Shown piece by piece: positions 18,578 through 28,836 of a stretch of DNA of 64,000 bases (position 1 is the stretch's first letter; every line of letters starts with the position of its first letter). A model generated the notes under the pieces. That model did not search any database. It was not told where the DNA came from and saw nothing but the letters and a program-made list of their open reading frames with translations. Origin of the DNA: a virus; IMG/VR virus record IMGVR_UViG_3300021961_000037, positions 32,001 through 96,000 of that record; one strand, written 5' to 3'. The position numbers and the translations under genes were made by a program.

Positions 18578-19036
18578 ATGACTGTTGAAGTGCGTGTACG
18601 AGTTTTTGCTGAAGCGGCTATCCGGCGTATGCGCGATATGGAGCGCAGGTCTAAGGATTTCAGACCAGTTCTCAGATGGGCGAAGCGTGAAATTGAAAAA
18701 GCAAACGCCCGAAACTTTGCTGCCAGCGGACTTCCTGTTGGTGGGTGGGCACCGCTTGATGCAAGGTACGCAGCGTGGAAAGCAACAAACTTTCCTGGAC
18801 GCCCAATCATGGAAGTGAACGGCAGGTTGGCGGACAGTCTTACGAGGCTGGATGGTCCGGTGAACAAAATACGGTTGAAGTCGGCAGAGTTTGGCACCGA
18901 TGTGGAATACGCAAAGTTTCATCAGTACGGAACAAGCAGGATGCCGAAGCGTCAAATTGTTTATGAGCCAAAGGGTTTTGCGAGGACATTGGCAGAGCAC
19001 ACTGGCGAGTATGTTGTTTATGGGCGGTTCCGATGA
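18578..19036 (+). CDS. Virion morphogenesis / neck protein (Mu gpG-like)
   Basis: WAPL, GRLADSL, FGTDVEYAKFHQYGTSRMPKRQ. Confidence 0.85.
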   Translation: MTVEVRVRVFAEAAIRRMRDMERRSKDFRPVLRWAKREIEKANARNFAASGLPVGGWAPLDARYAAWKATNFPGRPIMEVNGRLADSLTRLDGPVNKIRLKSAEFGTDVEYAKFHQYGTSRMPKRQIVYEPKGFARTLAEHTGEYVVYGRFR

Positions 19037-19620
19037 CAGAGTTAATGCAGGGCGCACAATTCGCCAAAGCGTATGTAAATAATTACCTAAACGCTGACTT
19101 ACCGTCTCGTTTAGTTAAGTATCGCAGCGGGTGGAATCTTGACGACCGTGAACTGCCGAATCCAGAACTTTTCCTCACATACGAGCCGATTGCTTTGGAT
19201 CACTGGCCGACGGTAATAACTGTCGCTATTTCAACGAATCGCTTTGAGAGGTTGATGCTTGGCGCGGAGGGCGACCCCCTTTACAGAGTTAATTACAACA
19301 TGAGGACATATATCTGGACGAAAACAGAGGGTTCAGAAGAAGTGACCCTTATGCGAGACAGATTGACAACCGTACTTCGTTCGGCATTGCTTGACAGACC
19401 CTCTCTTAATCGTCATGACGCGACATATGGATGTGATGCCCAGATTGATGAAGAAAGTCTCACCGAAGAATTTTCCGACTTGACCCTAATCAAGGGCGAC
19501 CGCGTCTTGGCGGGAGCATATTTAGGGTATGATTTAATGTTGACAGAAGTTATTTATAGAGACCAAGTTGGTAGTCTCTCGGAAATCAGTACAGAAGTAT
19601 ATAACCTTCGTGGAGAGTAG
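19033..19620 (+). CDS. Putative tail terminator/completion protein
   Basis: Position between neck and sheath; 195 aa. Confidence 0.55.
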   Translation: MTELMQGAQFAKAYVNNYLNADLPSRLVKYRSGWNLDDRELPNPELFLTYEPIALDHWPTVITVAISTNRFERLMLGAEGDPLYRVNYNMRTYIWTKTEGSEEVTLMRDRLTTVLRSALLDRPSLNRHDATYGCDAQIDEESLTEEFSDLTLIKGDRVLAGAYLGYDLMLTEVIYRDQVGSLSEISTEVYNLRGE

Positions 19621-19626
19621 TTTCAG

Positions 19627-20055
19627 ATGCGTGTTATAACGGATAAAACATTTGGTGGTGAAGACGGGATGGTTCGTATTTGGAACCAGACTGCTGGCCT
19701 CGTACAAGTTACGCCAGATGGTCATCTGTTGGGCGCCCATCAGTCTGCTTGGGTTGACGACAATGAGACTGTTCAGCACCTGATTGAAATCAACCATGTC
19801 GTAGTTACTGCTGGGACATCAAAGAAAACCGCAAAAAAAAATACAAAAGCCAAAGCAAAGCCGATAGACCAGCCCCAGAAAGATACCTCAGAGGTTCTTC
19901 CTGTTGTCCTGGAGCAAGACCCTGAGGTAACTCAGGTTAATGAAACACAGCAAGAAACAGCAACAACTGATAATACTGCAATACTTGACAGTTTTGTTTT
20001 GGATAGTTCGCCTATCGCAGACAATACTGAAAGTGTTTCAGTCGAGAACATCTAA
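19627..20055 (+). CDS. Hypothetical protein with low-complexity C-terminus
   Basis: ORF directly before the sheath gene. Confidence 0.6.
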   Translation: MRVITDKTFGGEDGMVRIWNQTAGLVQVTPDGHLLGAHQSAWVDDNETVQHLIEINHVVVTAGTSKKTAKKNTKAKAKPIDQPQKDTSEVLPVVLEQDPEVTQVNETQQETATTDNTAILDSFVLDSSPIADNTESVSVENI

Positions 20056-20117
20056 CTAATGTATACTCGCTGTAAGCAATATTTCCTGAGTTGCATCAAG
20101 ACGACGGAGGATGCCGG

Positions 20118-21578
20118 ATGCCCGGAGTAACAATTTCCACAGCAGTTCGCACAGGTGCGGTTAATACAGGTGTGGCGCCAGCCGCTACCTTCTTCGTCGT
20201 CGGTGAGACGACACGAGGAATCGACACTGAAGCAGTTCTCGTTACATCACTTGAGGATTACGAGACCAAGTTTGGCGCTCATACCACTGGTCAATACACC
20301 TGGTACTCACTCCGAACATTCTTTGAAGAGGGCGGTGTCAACGCCTATGTTGGCCGCGCAACAGCAAGCGATGCGGTTGCTGCAAGTGCAGCCCTTCTTG
20401 ACAGCACATCTGGTGCTGGTCTGACGTTGACAGCGGTCGGCGATGGATCATGGGGAAATGACCTCGAAGCCGTCGTTACTGTTGACGGTTCTGAGTTCAC
20501 ACTAACTGTCTCATACGAAGGTAGTGAAATTTTCTCTGGCACATACACAAGTCTTTCGGGTGCGCTTACGGGAATCAACTTCTCAAGCGGTGCAGCAAAC
20601 TATTTCACCGCTGCTTACACGGTTGGTGCAGACCCGACTGAAACACTTGAAGCAAATGCTGGCGAGGCGTTCACATCTGGCGACAACGGAACAATTGCGA
20701 AGTCGGACTTTGTTTCTGCTCTTGATTTGTTCAGCGCCGAACTTGGCTCTGGCTGTGTTGCGGCACCTGGTGTCGTGACTGGTTCGTCGGACGACTCTGT
20801 GTACACGGGATTGCGTGAGCACGCAGTGGCAATGAACCGAATTGCGCTTTGCAGTTTCTCAACTGGGACATCGCTTTCTGGCGCACGTTCCGCTTCGGAG
20901 GCATACACCGGAACAGAGGGTCATGAGCACATGGCTTTCTATCACCCGTGGGTAGTGATTCCTTCTGGAACTGTTACCGTCAGCATTCCGCCCGAGGGCT
21001 ATGTCGCTGGCGCACGTTCGCGCTCGCACAACCAAGTTGGTCCGTGGCGAGCATTCGCTGGCGTGAACTCTGAGGCTCAGTTTGTCTCTGGTCTCGACAT
21101 GTCTGTCAGCCGATCCGAGGGAGACCTCATGGAGGCAGCACGTGTCAATCCGCTCCGTGTAATCAACGGACGCGTTCGTATCTACGGCGCACGGTCACAT
21201 TCAACTGTCACCGAGCAGTGGCGTTTCATCACTGCACGAGACACAATCAACTACATTGTTGTTGAGGCTGAGAAGCGTCTTGAGGATCTCGTGTTCTCCA
21301 CAATTGACGGACGTCAAACACTGTTTGCAAACATCATCAATGCTTGCCAAGCAGTTCTTGAGCCGGTTCGCATCAACGGTGGATTGTACGAGGGCTTTAC
21401 CGCCGATGGTCGCCGAATTGACTACGGATACACGGTCAAGTGTGATTCTTCAATCAACCCGCTTTCGCAACTTGAGGCTGGCACGGTGAGGTGCCGTGTT
21501 GGTGTACGAGTTTCGAGCGTCGGTGACAAGATTGAAGTTGAACTCATCAAGTCAAACCTCACAACAGCATTGGCATAA
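20118..21578 (+). CDS. Contractile tail sheath protein
   Basis: MPGV start, FFEEGG, FYHPW, PPEGYVAG, VNPLR...IYGARS; SD GGAGG before 20118. Confidence 0.93.
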   Translation: MPGVTISTAVRTGAVNTGVAPAATFFVVGETTRGIDTEAVLVTSLEDYETKFGAHTTGQYTWYSLRTFFEEGGVNAYVGRATASDAVAASAALLDSTSGAGLTLTAVGDGSWGNDLEAVVTVDGSEFTLTVSYEGSEIFSGTYTSLSGALTGINFSSGAANYFTAAYTVGADPTETLEANAGEAFTSGDNGTIAKSDFVSALDLFSAELGSGCVAAPGVVTGSSDDSVYTGLREHAVAMNRIALCSFSTGTSLSGARSASEAYTGTEGHEHMAFYHPWVVIPSGTVTVSIPPEGYVAGARSRSHNQVGPWRAFAGVNSEAQFVSGLDMSVSRSEGDLMEAARVNPLRVINGRVRIYGARSHSTVTEQWRFITARDTINYIVVEAEKRLEDLVFSTIDGRQTLFANIINACQAVLEPVRINGGLYEGFTADGRRIDYGYTVKCDSSINPLSQLEAGTVRCRVGVRVSSVGDKIEVELIKSNLTTALA

Positions 21579-21590
21579 CGGAGGAAGTAA

Positions 21591-22076
21591 ATGGCACGCC
21601 CAGTTCTTTTTAAGAACCTCGCTACACAGCGTCAGGTTGTCGCAAAGATTACACCGAGCAACGCTGGTGGTGACCTTCCGACGTTCCCCGACTACTTCAC
21701 ACAGGTGAGTGGTGGTGAAATCACAGCCGCTGTTGAAAAGGTTTACCACGGTGGCGACATTTTCCCAGAGACCCTGTGCGCTCCTTCGGAAATTGGTGAC
21801 GTAACACTTACTGGCTACCTGTCCGCAGATGCCGATTTCTTGAGCCGTCTCCAGCAGTTGCGCCAGATGGTCGGTCGTGTCCGCTACAACATTGATGTCC
21901 ATGTGTTTGACTGCGATATTGCTGTTCCTGGCGCTGACCGCTCTTACACGAATGCGCTTCTGGTTGGTTTGACAGAGCCCGACGGTGATGCCACCTCGGG
22001 AACCCCTGCAACCTTTGCGATGACTTTCAGCATCTCAACGGTTTCGGTGGCTCGTAACCCGCTCGCCGCTGGCTGA
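21591..22076 (+). CDS. Tail tube protein
   Basis: 161 aa directly after sheath; FTQVSGGE, IGDVTL, PDGDATS. Confidence 0.8.
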   Translation: MARPVLFKNLATQRQVVAKITPSNAGGDLPTFPDYFTQVSGGEITAAVEKVYHGGDIFPETLCAPSEIGDVTLTGYLSADADFLSRLQQLRQMVGRVRYNIDVHVFDCDIAVPGADRSYTNALLVGLTEPDGDATSGTPATFAMTFSISTVSVARNPLAAG

Positions 22077-22132
22077 TAAACCCCCTTTCGGGGTTCCATT
22101 TTTGATGGCATGGCTGTGTTAGTGTTGCCCGC

Positions 22133-22642
22133 ATGAGCAACGACTTTACTTTCACAAGCGGAAATAATGCTGATGCCGAGGCTGCGGATAGCAATGTCCT
22201 GAATCAGTTGAAGGCGGTTATTCAGAAGACCACGAAGCGTGAGGATATCTTCATTCAGGTTCCTGAGCGTGACGGTGTTCTTGTCCGGGTTTCACCGAAT
22301 ATCACGCAGAACCAGTTGCGTGCATGGCGTCGTAACGCTGGAGATGACACGAAGAAGGGTTTGGATACCCTGAAGTTTTCGTGCAACGTTATTGCTGCCA
22401 CGTGCACTGGCATCATGATTAACGATGAGATTGTCACCAACGACATGGGTGTTGAGGTGACTTTTGCTTCTCAGGAAATCATGCAGATGACTGGTACTTC
22501 GCGTCCGCACCCAGATTGTGTTCAAGCATTTTTTGGTTTGGAGCCACACATTGAGGCGGCGGCTGTCGCCATCATTGAGGCTTCTGGATATGGTGACGCA
22601 GTTGAGGCTGTGGACCCTACGAAGAGGTCTTCGGAGAACTAG
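22133..22642 (+). CDS. Tail assembly chaperone (gpG-like)
   Basis: Between tube and tape measure; ends VDPTKRSSEN. Confidence 0.8.
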   Translation: MSNDFTFTSGNNADAEAADSNVLNQLKAVIQKTTKREDIFIQVPERDGVLVRVSPNITQNQLRAWRRNAGDDTKKGLDTLKFSCNVIAATCTGIMINDEIVTNDMGVEVTFASQEIMQMTGTSRPHPDCVQAFFGLEPHIEAAAVAIIEASGYGDAVEAVDPTKRSSEN

Positions 22643-22818
22643 TCAGCGACGACCGCATCAAAATTGCGGCTCGGCTCGGAGACCTCTTTCATTGCGACCC
22701 GATTAAGTTGCTTGACTGTGATATTGATGAATGGCTGATTCGCCTTGCCTGTGCTAAAGTTATAGAGCAGGATAGAGAAAAACAGGAAGCAGAAGCAAAG
22801 CGTCAATCCAAACGCTGA
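22615..22818 (+). CDS. -1 frame extension of the chaperone (gpGT-like; not in ORF track)
   Basis: Frame without an ATG/GTG start, PYEEVFGELVSDDRIKIAARLGDLFHCDPIKLL...KR*, entered at GAC-CCT-ACG. Confidence 0.75.
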   Translation, partial: PYEEVFGELVSDDRIKIAARLGDLFHCDPIKLLDCDIDEWLIRLACAKVIEQDREKQEAEAKRQSKR

Positions 22819-22862
22819 TTCCGCTGGAGCGCTCAATATCCGTCTAATCAACGGAGATATGT

Positions 22863-25800
22863 ATGGCACGAGAGCGCGTAGTTATCAATATCGAGGTCAA
22901 CTCGGATATTGCGACGATTGAGGCTACCCGTGCGGCTTTGGAGCGTCTTACTAAACAAAACCGTGACCTTAACGACGAGTATGACCGTCATAAGAAACGC
23001 ATCACGGAAGTAACTAAAGAGAACAAGCGCCTTAACCGTGATAGTGACATGGTTGGCAATTCGTTGCGCAATCTTGGTAAGCATACGGCGACATCCAGTA
23101 GGCGGTTTGCCGGTTTGCGTAAGTCTGTTTTGAGTTTGCGTAAGGATATTGGAACACTAATTAGCGCTTTTGGTGGAATGATTGGGGTTGTAAACAAACT
23201 TTCTTTGATTGAGATTCCTCTTCTCGCTCTCGGCATGGCTGGCATAACGTCCTTGTTTAAGAGTGGTACAGGGTTTGTGAACCTTTATAGAGCGGCGATG
23301 AGTTCGCTTGCGTACACCGCTGCTGGCGTCGGTGTTGCTGTCACCACGGTTATATCTGCATTGCGTGAGTTCCAGTCAGTTCAATTTGCGCCAATGTACG
23401 TGGATGGTGCGATAAATACCGAGGATCGTTTTGCTGCTGCGTCTGGGGCGATGCGAATGTTTGTTGATAATACGAGACTTGCTGTTGTTGGGTCCGAGTC
23501 GCTTCAGAAGGCTTTCGGTACTTTGAGTAAACAGAAGCCAGTGACTGGTGGAACTGTTGCTGCGTTTGAGGGCTTGATGAATATTGTCGCCGGTAGCGGT
23601 GGGGATATTGGGAAGGGAAGCGAGAAACTTGCAACATTTTTGGCGCAGGTTCAAAAGGGTGGACTCGGGAGTGCCGCTTCAGCAGCCAAAGACCTTGGTC
23701 CTGACTTTGAGAAAATCATTAAAGAAGCGCAAGCGCTTGGTTTAAAGACATCTGACGAGTTTTTTAAGGCGGCTGCTGACGGTGCTCTTGGTGAGACTTT
23801 TCAGAAGAAATATGCGGGCCAGTTGGATGCTCTTAACGACACCCTGATTGGTCGTTTTAAGACTGCTTTACAGAGCACAAAAAATCTTTTGGGCGATATT
23901 GGTGACCAGTTTCTGCAGCCTACTGGTGAAGCGGTAATCAAGATTCAGAGGATTATTGAGCGGACGATACTGCAACTTACTCCCATGTTGCGTCAGTTCG
24001 GAACCGACACATTTTTGGGTGATGTCGTTAATCTGATTGACAAGGTATCTGTCAAGTTTGTTGGTTTGATGAATAAATATCTTGGTACCACTCCAGGTTT
24101 GTTTGAAAAACTTGGCGAATACATGGATGCGATTGGTAAAAGGTTTGAGAAGGTTCAGGATTGGGCTCGACAGTTTGTTGATGCTGGTCAGTTAATTACA
24201 GACAATTTTATTAAACCGATTTTTGAAGGTTTGATGGACAAGTTTGGTGGAGGAATGAATGTTCTCGCTAGTTTGGTTGAGGCTAATGCGCCGTTGCTGA
24301 GGTCTCTCGCTGACAGCATTGTTGATGTTATTGCTGCAATTGGTGAGTACGGGAACATGCTTAAAGAGGCGTTTATTGCGGTCATTCCGCTTCTCAATGT
24401 TTTCTTGAAGGTCACTGAAAAGATTTTTTCTATTTGGACGAAAATAAGTAAAGGTTTGTTGAGTGTTTTCGGTGGTATCGGTGGTGGTATCGGTAAGGCT
24501 CTTGCTGCTGTTCCTGTTCTATATGGCTCACTTATTCTTTTCAGTCGTTTTTTCAAAGTTTTTGGCGGAATGTTCGGGAAAGATATGAGCATTAAGGCGA
24601 ACAATGTTTTCGTCAACGGTAGAGGTATTGGTGGTGGGCCGATGGGTGGACCTATGGGTGGCCCAGGCGGAAGGCCTATGGGTGGACCTGGGATACGAGG
24701 TCGAATGGGGTACTCATACAACCTTGCACGTAACAGTGGTGTGGGGATAGCGAGGTCTGCTCAGGCGGGTTTGCGATCTGGTTACGCTGGCGTAAAAGGT
24801 CTTGGTGGTTCTGGGGCATTCAACCAGTTGTACGGCTTGGGGAATATGGGTTTGATGCTCGGTGGAACTGCCTTGATGGGTGCTGGTCAAAAAATGGGTG
24901 GGACATCAACTGCTGGTGGAGCAGCGCTCACTGGTTTGGGTGCGGCAGCAAATCTTGGCGCAGCGGGTTCAATGCTTGGTTTGGGGGAATTGACATTTGG
25001 TACTGGAAGTGCAGTCGGTACCGGCGCAATTCTTGGTGGCGCTGCCGCTATCGGCGGAGGTTATGCGGCTGGCTCGTATATTGGTTCTAAATTCACAGAT
25101 GATTCCGTTAGGTCGCGCGCAATGTCAGCAGCGACATCAGCGGCAGTTGGCGCTGCAATCGGAAGTGTTGTTCCTGGAATCGGAACTGCGGTTGGTGCTG
25201 GATTGGGTGCTGTTGTCGGTGGTGCTGTTGGGTATTGGAAGGCTGGCGCGGCGCGTAGAGATGCACGCAAAGCAGCAAAAGGCGTCATGGACAACTTTTT
25301 CATGGAAACAGAAGACGCATTCGCGGCTGGAGATGTTGAGAAACTGAAGGCCCAACTTGAAGGATTGAACGCCGAAATCGCCAAAGCAGCAACTGGCGAT
25401 ATTGACTACTACAACAAAAAGATTGACGAGCAACGCAAAAAGATTGACGAAACAGCAAAACAGATTGATAACTATTCAAGGAACGCTGATCTTGCTGAAA
25501 GAATGTTTGGGAAGAGCACCGATGCGTTGAACAAACTAGCCGAAGAAGCCGGCATCAATGTGCGCGACAAGGTTCTTAATTTCACTGAAATGCTGAAACT
25601 TGTTGGGAAAACTTCCGAGGAGCAGACTCGACTGGTTAAGCAATTTTGGGGAACTCTCGGCGGTCAGGCTCTTGGTGGTGCGCTCGGAAAACTTGACAAA
25701 ATCAGGGAGCGTCGAGATACACAAAACGCTCTGGATGCTTCACAGGCGTCGCTTTTGGGTGGAAATGTTTCTGGCGAGAATCTTCTTTCTTTCGTTGAAA

Positions 25801-26342
25801 ATCAAATCAAGTTCTCTACGGCGGAGTACGGAGAATTGGGTGGTTTGGCTAATGCCTATGAATCAATCATTGCTGGTTTGTCTGGTGAAACCTTGGGCAA
25901 ACTTGATGATAAAACAAAAGAAAAGTTGATGGCGCTTGCCAACGACATACTTGACCCAACAGCGTTGGTCAAATCAATGGATCAGGAAATGCTTGCGACA
26001 ATGGTCGGCGGTGCGAGTGCGCTTGCTGGTATGTCTTCGTCAGACATACTTTCTTTGGTTAATCAAAAGATGAAGACAGATCCGAACTTCCTTGCGAATT
26101 TCGGCGCATATCAAAGTCGAAATAACATGACTCAAATGAATGCAATGATTACTGGTCAGGGTGGCATTGTTGGCGCTTCGTCTCCGTATGGTTTTATGCC
26201 TCAGATTACGGTGAATGTCAATGCTCCGGTAATTGACCCAGAAGTTGTTCGTCAGATTCGCCTAGAACTTGAAGCATCGTTGCGCACGGCAAGGGAAAAG
26301 GGTGGCACCTTCACTGGTGGTGCAGGGACGTTTAGGCGTTAA
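22863..26342 (+). CDS. Tape measure protein
   Basis: 1159 aa, helical Ala/Gly-rich with glycine-zipper segments, after the chaperone. Confidence 0.9.
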   Translation: MARERVVINIEVNSDIATIEATRAALERLTKQNRDLNDEYDRHKKRITEVTKENKRLNRDSDMVGNSLRNLGKHTATSSRRFAGLRKSVLSLRKDIGTLISAFGGMIGVVNKLSLIEIPLLALGMAGITSLFKSGTGFVNLYRAAMSSLAYTAAGVGVAVTTVISALREFQSVQFAPMYVDGAINTEDRFAAASGAMRMFVDNTRLAVVGSESLQKAFGTLSKQKPVTGGTVAAFEGLMNIVAGSGGDIGKGSEKLATFLAQVQKGGLGSAASAAKDLGPDFEKIIKEAQALGLKTSDEFFKAAADGALGETFQKKYAGQLDALNDTLIGRFKTALQSTKNLLGDIGDQFLQPTGEAVIKIQRIIERTILQLTPMLRQFGTDTFLGDVVNLIDKVSVKFVGLMNKYLGTTPGLFEKLGEYMDAIGKRFEKVQDWARQFVDAGQLITDNFIKPIFEGLMDKFGGGMNVLASLVEANAPLLRSLADSIVDVIAAIGEYGNMLKEAFIAVIPLLNVFLKVTEKIFSIWTKISKGLLSVFGGIGGGIGKALAAVPVLYGSLILFSRFFKVFGGMFGKDMSIKANNVFVNGRGIGGGPMGGPMGGPGGRPMGGPGIRGRMGYSYNLARNSGVGIARSAQAGLRSGYAGVKGLGGSGAFNQLYGLGNMGLMLGGTALMGAGQKMGGTSTAGGAALTGLGAAANLGAAGSMLGLGELTFGTGSAVGTGAILGGAAAIGGGYAAGSYIGSKFTDDSVRSRAMSAATSAAVGAAIGSVVPGIGTAVGAGLGAVVGGAVGYWKAGAARRDARKAAKGVMDNFFMETEDAFAAGDVEKLKAQLEGLNAEIAKAATGDIDYYNKKIDEQRKKIDETAKQIDNYSRNADLAERMFGKSTDALNKLAEEAGINVRDKVLNFTEMLKLVGKTSEEQTRLVKQFWGTLGGQALGGALGKLDKIRERRDTQNALDASQASLLGGNVSGENLLSFVENQIKFSTAEYGELGGLANAYESIIAGLSGETLGKLDDKTKEKLMALANDILDPTALVKSMDQEMLATMVGGASALAGMSSSDILSLVNQKMKTDPNFLANFGAYQSRNNMTQMNAMITGQGGIVGASSPYGFMPQITVNVNAPVIDPEVVRQIRLELEASLRTAREKGGTFTGGAGTFRR

Positions 26343-26344
26343 TT

Positions 26345-27136
26345 ATGGCTACTACTGTAACTGCGTGGGTCCGCATAAACCCTGCCCTGACAAATGCTTC
26401 AGCATTAACACAAAATGATTCAGTGCAGAATGTTGTCCCACTTATTATTCGTCTTCTTCCAGCAACACCAGACCAAATTGCAGAAGATTTCCAACTTCCA
26501 TACAACCCGTTGCAGGTTACTTACGGTGATCTATCTGATGAGGTTACGCAAATTGCGCGACCTGGAACTACACCGATTATTGCTTTCAAGTCACATCGGT
26601 TGATGACTGTTGACTTTTCGTTCATAGTTGCGCAACCAGGCGACGGGCTTGCCACGAGTGTTGATAGTTCTTTGCAGAATTTGCGTAAATTTGCTGCGAG
26701 CAGTAATAGGGTTATTTCTTTACTCAATTTTGATTCGTTGACAAACACGCCTTTTGTTTTCCGTAATTCCACTCAGGAACGTCTTACTGATGGACTGTTT
26801 TTCAATATTGTTTCTCTTGAAATTCAGAGTGTCAGAAGGAACAAAAACAATGAGATAACTCAGGCGAATGTCAACATTAGTCTCGTTGAAAACAGGAACC
26901 CGCTGATTAATGTTGCGTTCATTCCGCCACTGAAGTACACAAAAAAACCAGAAAAATGTTCCAATAAAAAGTATCGGCGGAATAATCCGGGGAAATGCCC
27001 CAAGAAGACCGAGAAGGTTACCTCTCCTTCGCAGTCCGAATTGTCAAGAGCGACGGCTGCAAATAATGCCTATGCGCAAAAAGATGGATTTACGCGATGC
27101 TTCTTTAACGCAGATGGATCAATGGTCTGTTCCTGA
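26345..27136 (+). CDS. Putative tube initiator / baseplate protein
   Basis: Position after TMP; LPYNP..VT, QANVNISLVE. Confidence 0.6.
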   Translation: MATTVTAWVRINPALTNASALTQNDSVQNVVPLIIRLLPATPDQIAEDFQLPYNPLQVTYGDLSDEVTQIARPGTTPIIAFKSHRLMTVDFSFIVAQPGDGLATSVDSSLQNLRKFAASSNRVISLLNFDSLTNTPFVFRNSTQERLTDGLFFNIVSLEIQSVRRNKNNEITQANVNISLVENRNPLINVAFIPPLKYTKKPEKCSNKKYRRNNPGKCPKKTEKVTSPSQSELSRATAANNAYAQKDGFTRCFFNADGSMVCS

Positions 27137-28122
27137 TGATTACTTCCGATGTTCTTTCAATACAAAACCACGATACTTTGCAGAAAGTGGAATTCGCACA
27201 AGCGGTGACTGAATTGCGTGTAAATTATGACATCAATGGGTGTTCGCAGTTAACCGTGAACGTCGCTGATTACAAAATGCGAATGTGGGATAACAACTAT
27301 TTCCAAGTGAGCACACCAGTTTTGTTTAAGGGTGAACGATTTCGCATAGCATCAACCGAAATTTCGCAGGCTGATGGTGAATATGTAAATGTTAAACTGG
27401 AAATTCGCACTGAGGCTGTGCAAAAAATGAAAGAAGACAAGACGCCACAGTCCTACAGATCGTCAACTGGTTTCGAATTTGCAAGAAAGGTAGCGAACAA
27501 GTTCGGACTTGAGCCGATAATTCAGGAGGTCGCTGGTGTAAAACAGGCGACAATCAAAGTAAAAGAAAAAAACAATAAAGAGTCTGTTTGGGATGTCCTG
27601 CAAAGATCAGCGCAAGATATCCAATTCATGTGCTTCGTTGCGGATGGAAGATTGTTTTATGCTTCACCGCAGTGGCTTCTCGGAAGATGGGGTTTGGAGT
27701 CAACGCCTGGGGCAACATTCGAGGTGTATAGGGGAAAAACGGAAAAACGAACTCTTCTGTATATTCCGTTGATTTATCCAGCAGACCCAAAGTTGAACTT
27801 TTTCTTGTTGCAAATGCCAAACATGCGAAGGTCTGAAGACTCGCCGAAGGAGTCGGAGGGGACAGCGCAATTGTGGGCTGGTGACCGCTACGAGGAGGGA
27901 ATTGGGAGCGCCTATAATATTCGTGCTGGGATGACAGTTGTTGTGTATGGGGTTAGTGGATTTAATCAAGCATATTTAGTTACTTCGGTTGATTATCAGT
28001 ATGGGCTTTCGGAACCTGTTGAGGTTGCTTTTGCTACTGTGGCTAAGTTGGCTCCCGCCGATAAAGCGAAGATTGATGAAAAGGTTTCTGAGGTAACTGT
28101 GATTTCGGGAACTGGAGGATGA
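27136..28122 (+). CDS. Baseplate hub (gpD/gp27-like)
   Basis: ESVWDVLQR, FVADGRLFY, IRAGMTVVVYGV...YLVTSV. Confidence 0.75.
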   Translation: MITSDVLSIQNHDTLQKVEFAQAVTELRVNYDINGCSQLTVNVADYKMRMWDNNYFQVSTPVLFKGERFRIASTEISQADGEYVNVKLEIRTEAVQKMKEDKTPQSYRSSTGFEFARKVANKFGLEPIIQEVAGVKQATIKVKEKNNKESVWDVLQRSAQDIQFMCFVADGRLFYASPQWLLGRWGLESTPGATFEVYRGKTEKRTLLYIPLIYPADPKLNFFLLQMPNMRRSEDSPKESEGTAQLWAGDRYEEGIGSAYNIRAGMTVVVYGVSGFNQAYLVTSVDYQYGLSEPVEVAFATVAKLAPADKAKIDEKVSEVTVISGTGG

Positions 28123-28123
28123 T

Positions 28124-28537
28124 GTGGTTGTAAATTTAAATGACGGTTTTGAAAACTTCCAGCGTGCAGATTCGCTTCAGAGAATTGATATTGATTTTTC
28201 GTCTATACACATCGGCGTCGTGACCGCTGTTGGGTCAGCCACGAACACTGTTTTTGTGAAGATTCCGGCAATCAACGAGAATGCCGAATTGGGTCCTTTT
28301 AAGTGTCTTCAACCTTTTACAAATGTTGTTGAAACACCAGTCCAGCAAACATTGACGACCACATCTGGCTCCGACCCTGATGGCGGAACATTTCTTACGA
28401 GTGCAAGTTTAAGTTCAACCACAACAGACATTCAGGGTGTCTACGGTACTCTTAATTTGCCGAGTGTGGGCAACCGTGTTTTGGTCGTATTAATGAATAA
28501 TTCGTTTGATGAAGGTGCGGTGATTGGGAAACTATGA
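28124..28537 (+). CDS. Baseplate spike (gpV-like OB fold)
   Basis: HIGVVT...VKIP...LPSVGNRVLV...VIG. Confidence 0.7.
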   Translation: MVVNLNDGFENFQRADSLQRIDIDFSSIHIGVVTAVGSATNTVFVKIPAINENAELGPFKCLQPFTNVVETPVQQTLTTTSGSDPDGGTFLTSASLSSTTTDIQGVYGTLNLPSVGNRVLVVLMNNSFDEGAVIGKL

Positions 28538-28836
28538 ACACTTTAAGACTCCCCATCCGTTTTAAGACAAATTATTCAATGGAAACCATTTCTGATGCCA
28601 CCGACGAATATTATGCAAAACTGTTGGCAGATTCGCTCCGCATTGAGCCTGGTGAACTCCCGATTAGTACATCATTCGGTGTTCTTGACCCGTCCTTTGA
28701 ATACCAGACACCGCTAAAAGCGGTTCAGAACGCTGCCCGCCATATCCCAGAAATTTCTGTAACAAATGTTTCGTCTAAACTGGATGATACGGGGAAAATC
28801 CTGCTCAAAGTTGATTTTACGATTAAGGAATCCTGA
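28534..28836 (+). CDS. Baseplate wedge gp25/gpW-like
   Basis: PGELP...FG...IPEI. Confidence 0.75.
   Translation: MNTLRLPIRFKTNYSMETISDATDEYYAKLLADSLRIEPGELPISTSFGVLDPSFEYQTPLKAVQNAARHIPEISVTNVSSKLDDTGKILLKVDFTIKES

Noticed and set aside
18139-19057. Long antisense ORFs (e.g. 252 aa at 18139-18897) and many Pro-rich antisense ORFs over Gly-rich genes
   Set aside because: They are shadows of well-supported genes on the opposite strand, with no motifs of their own.
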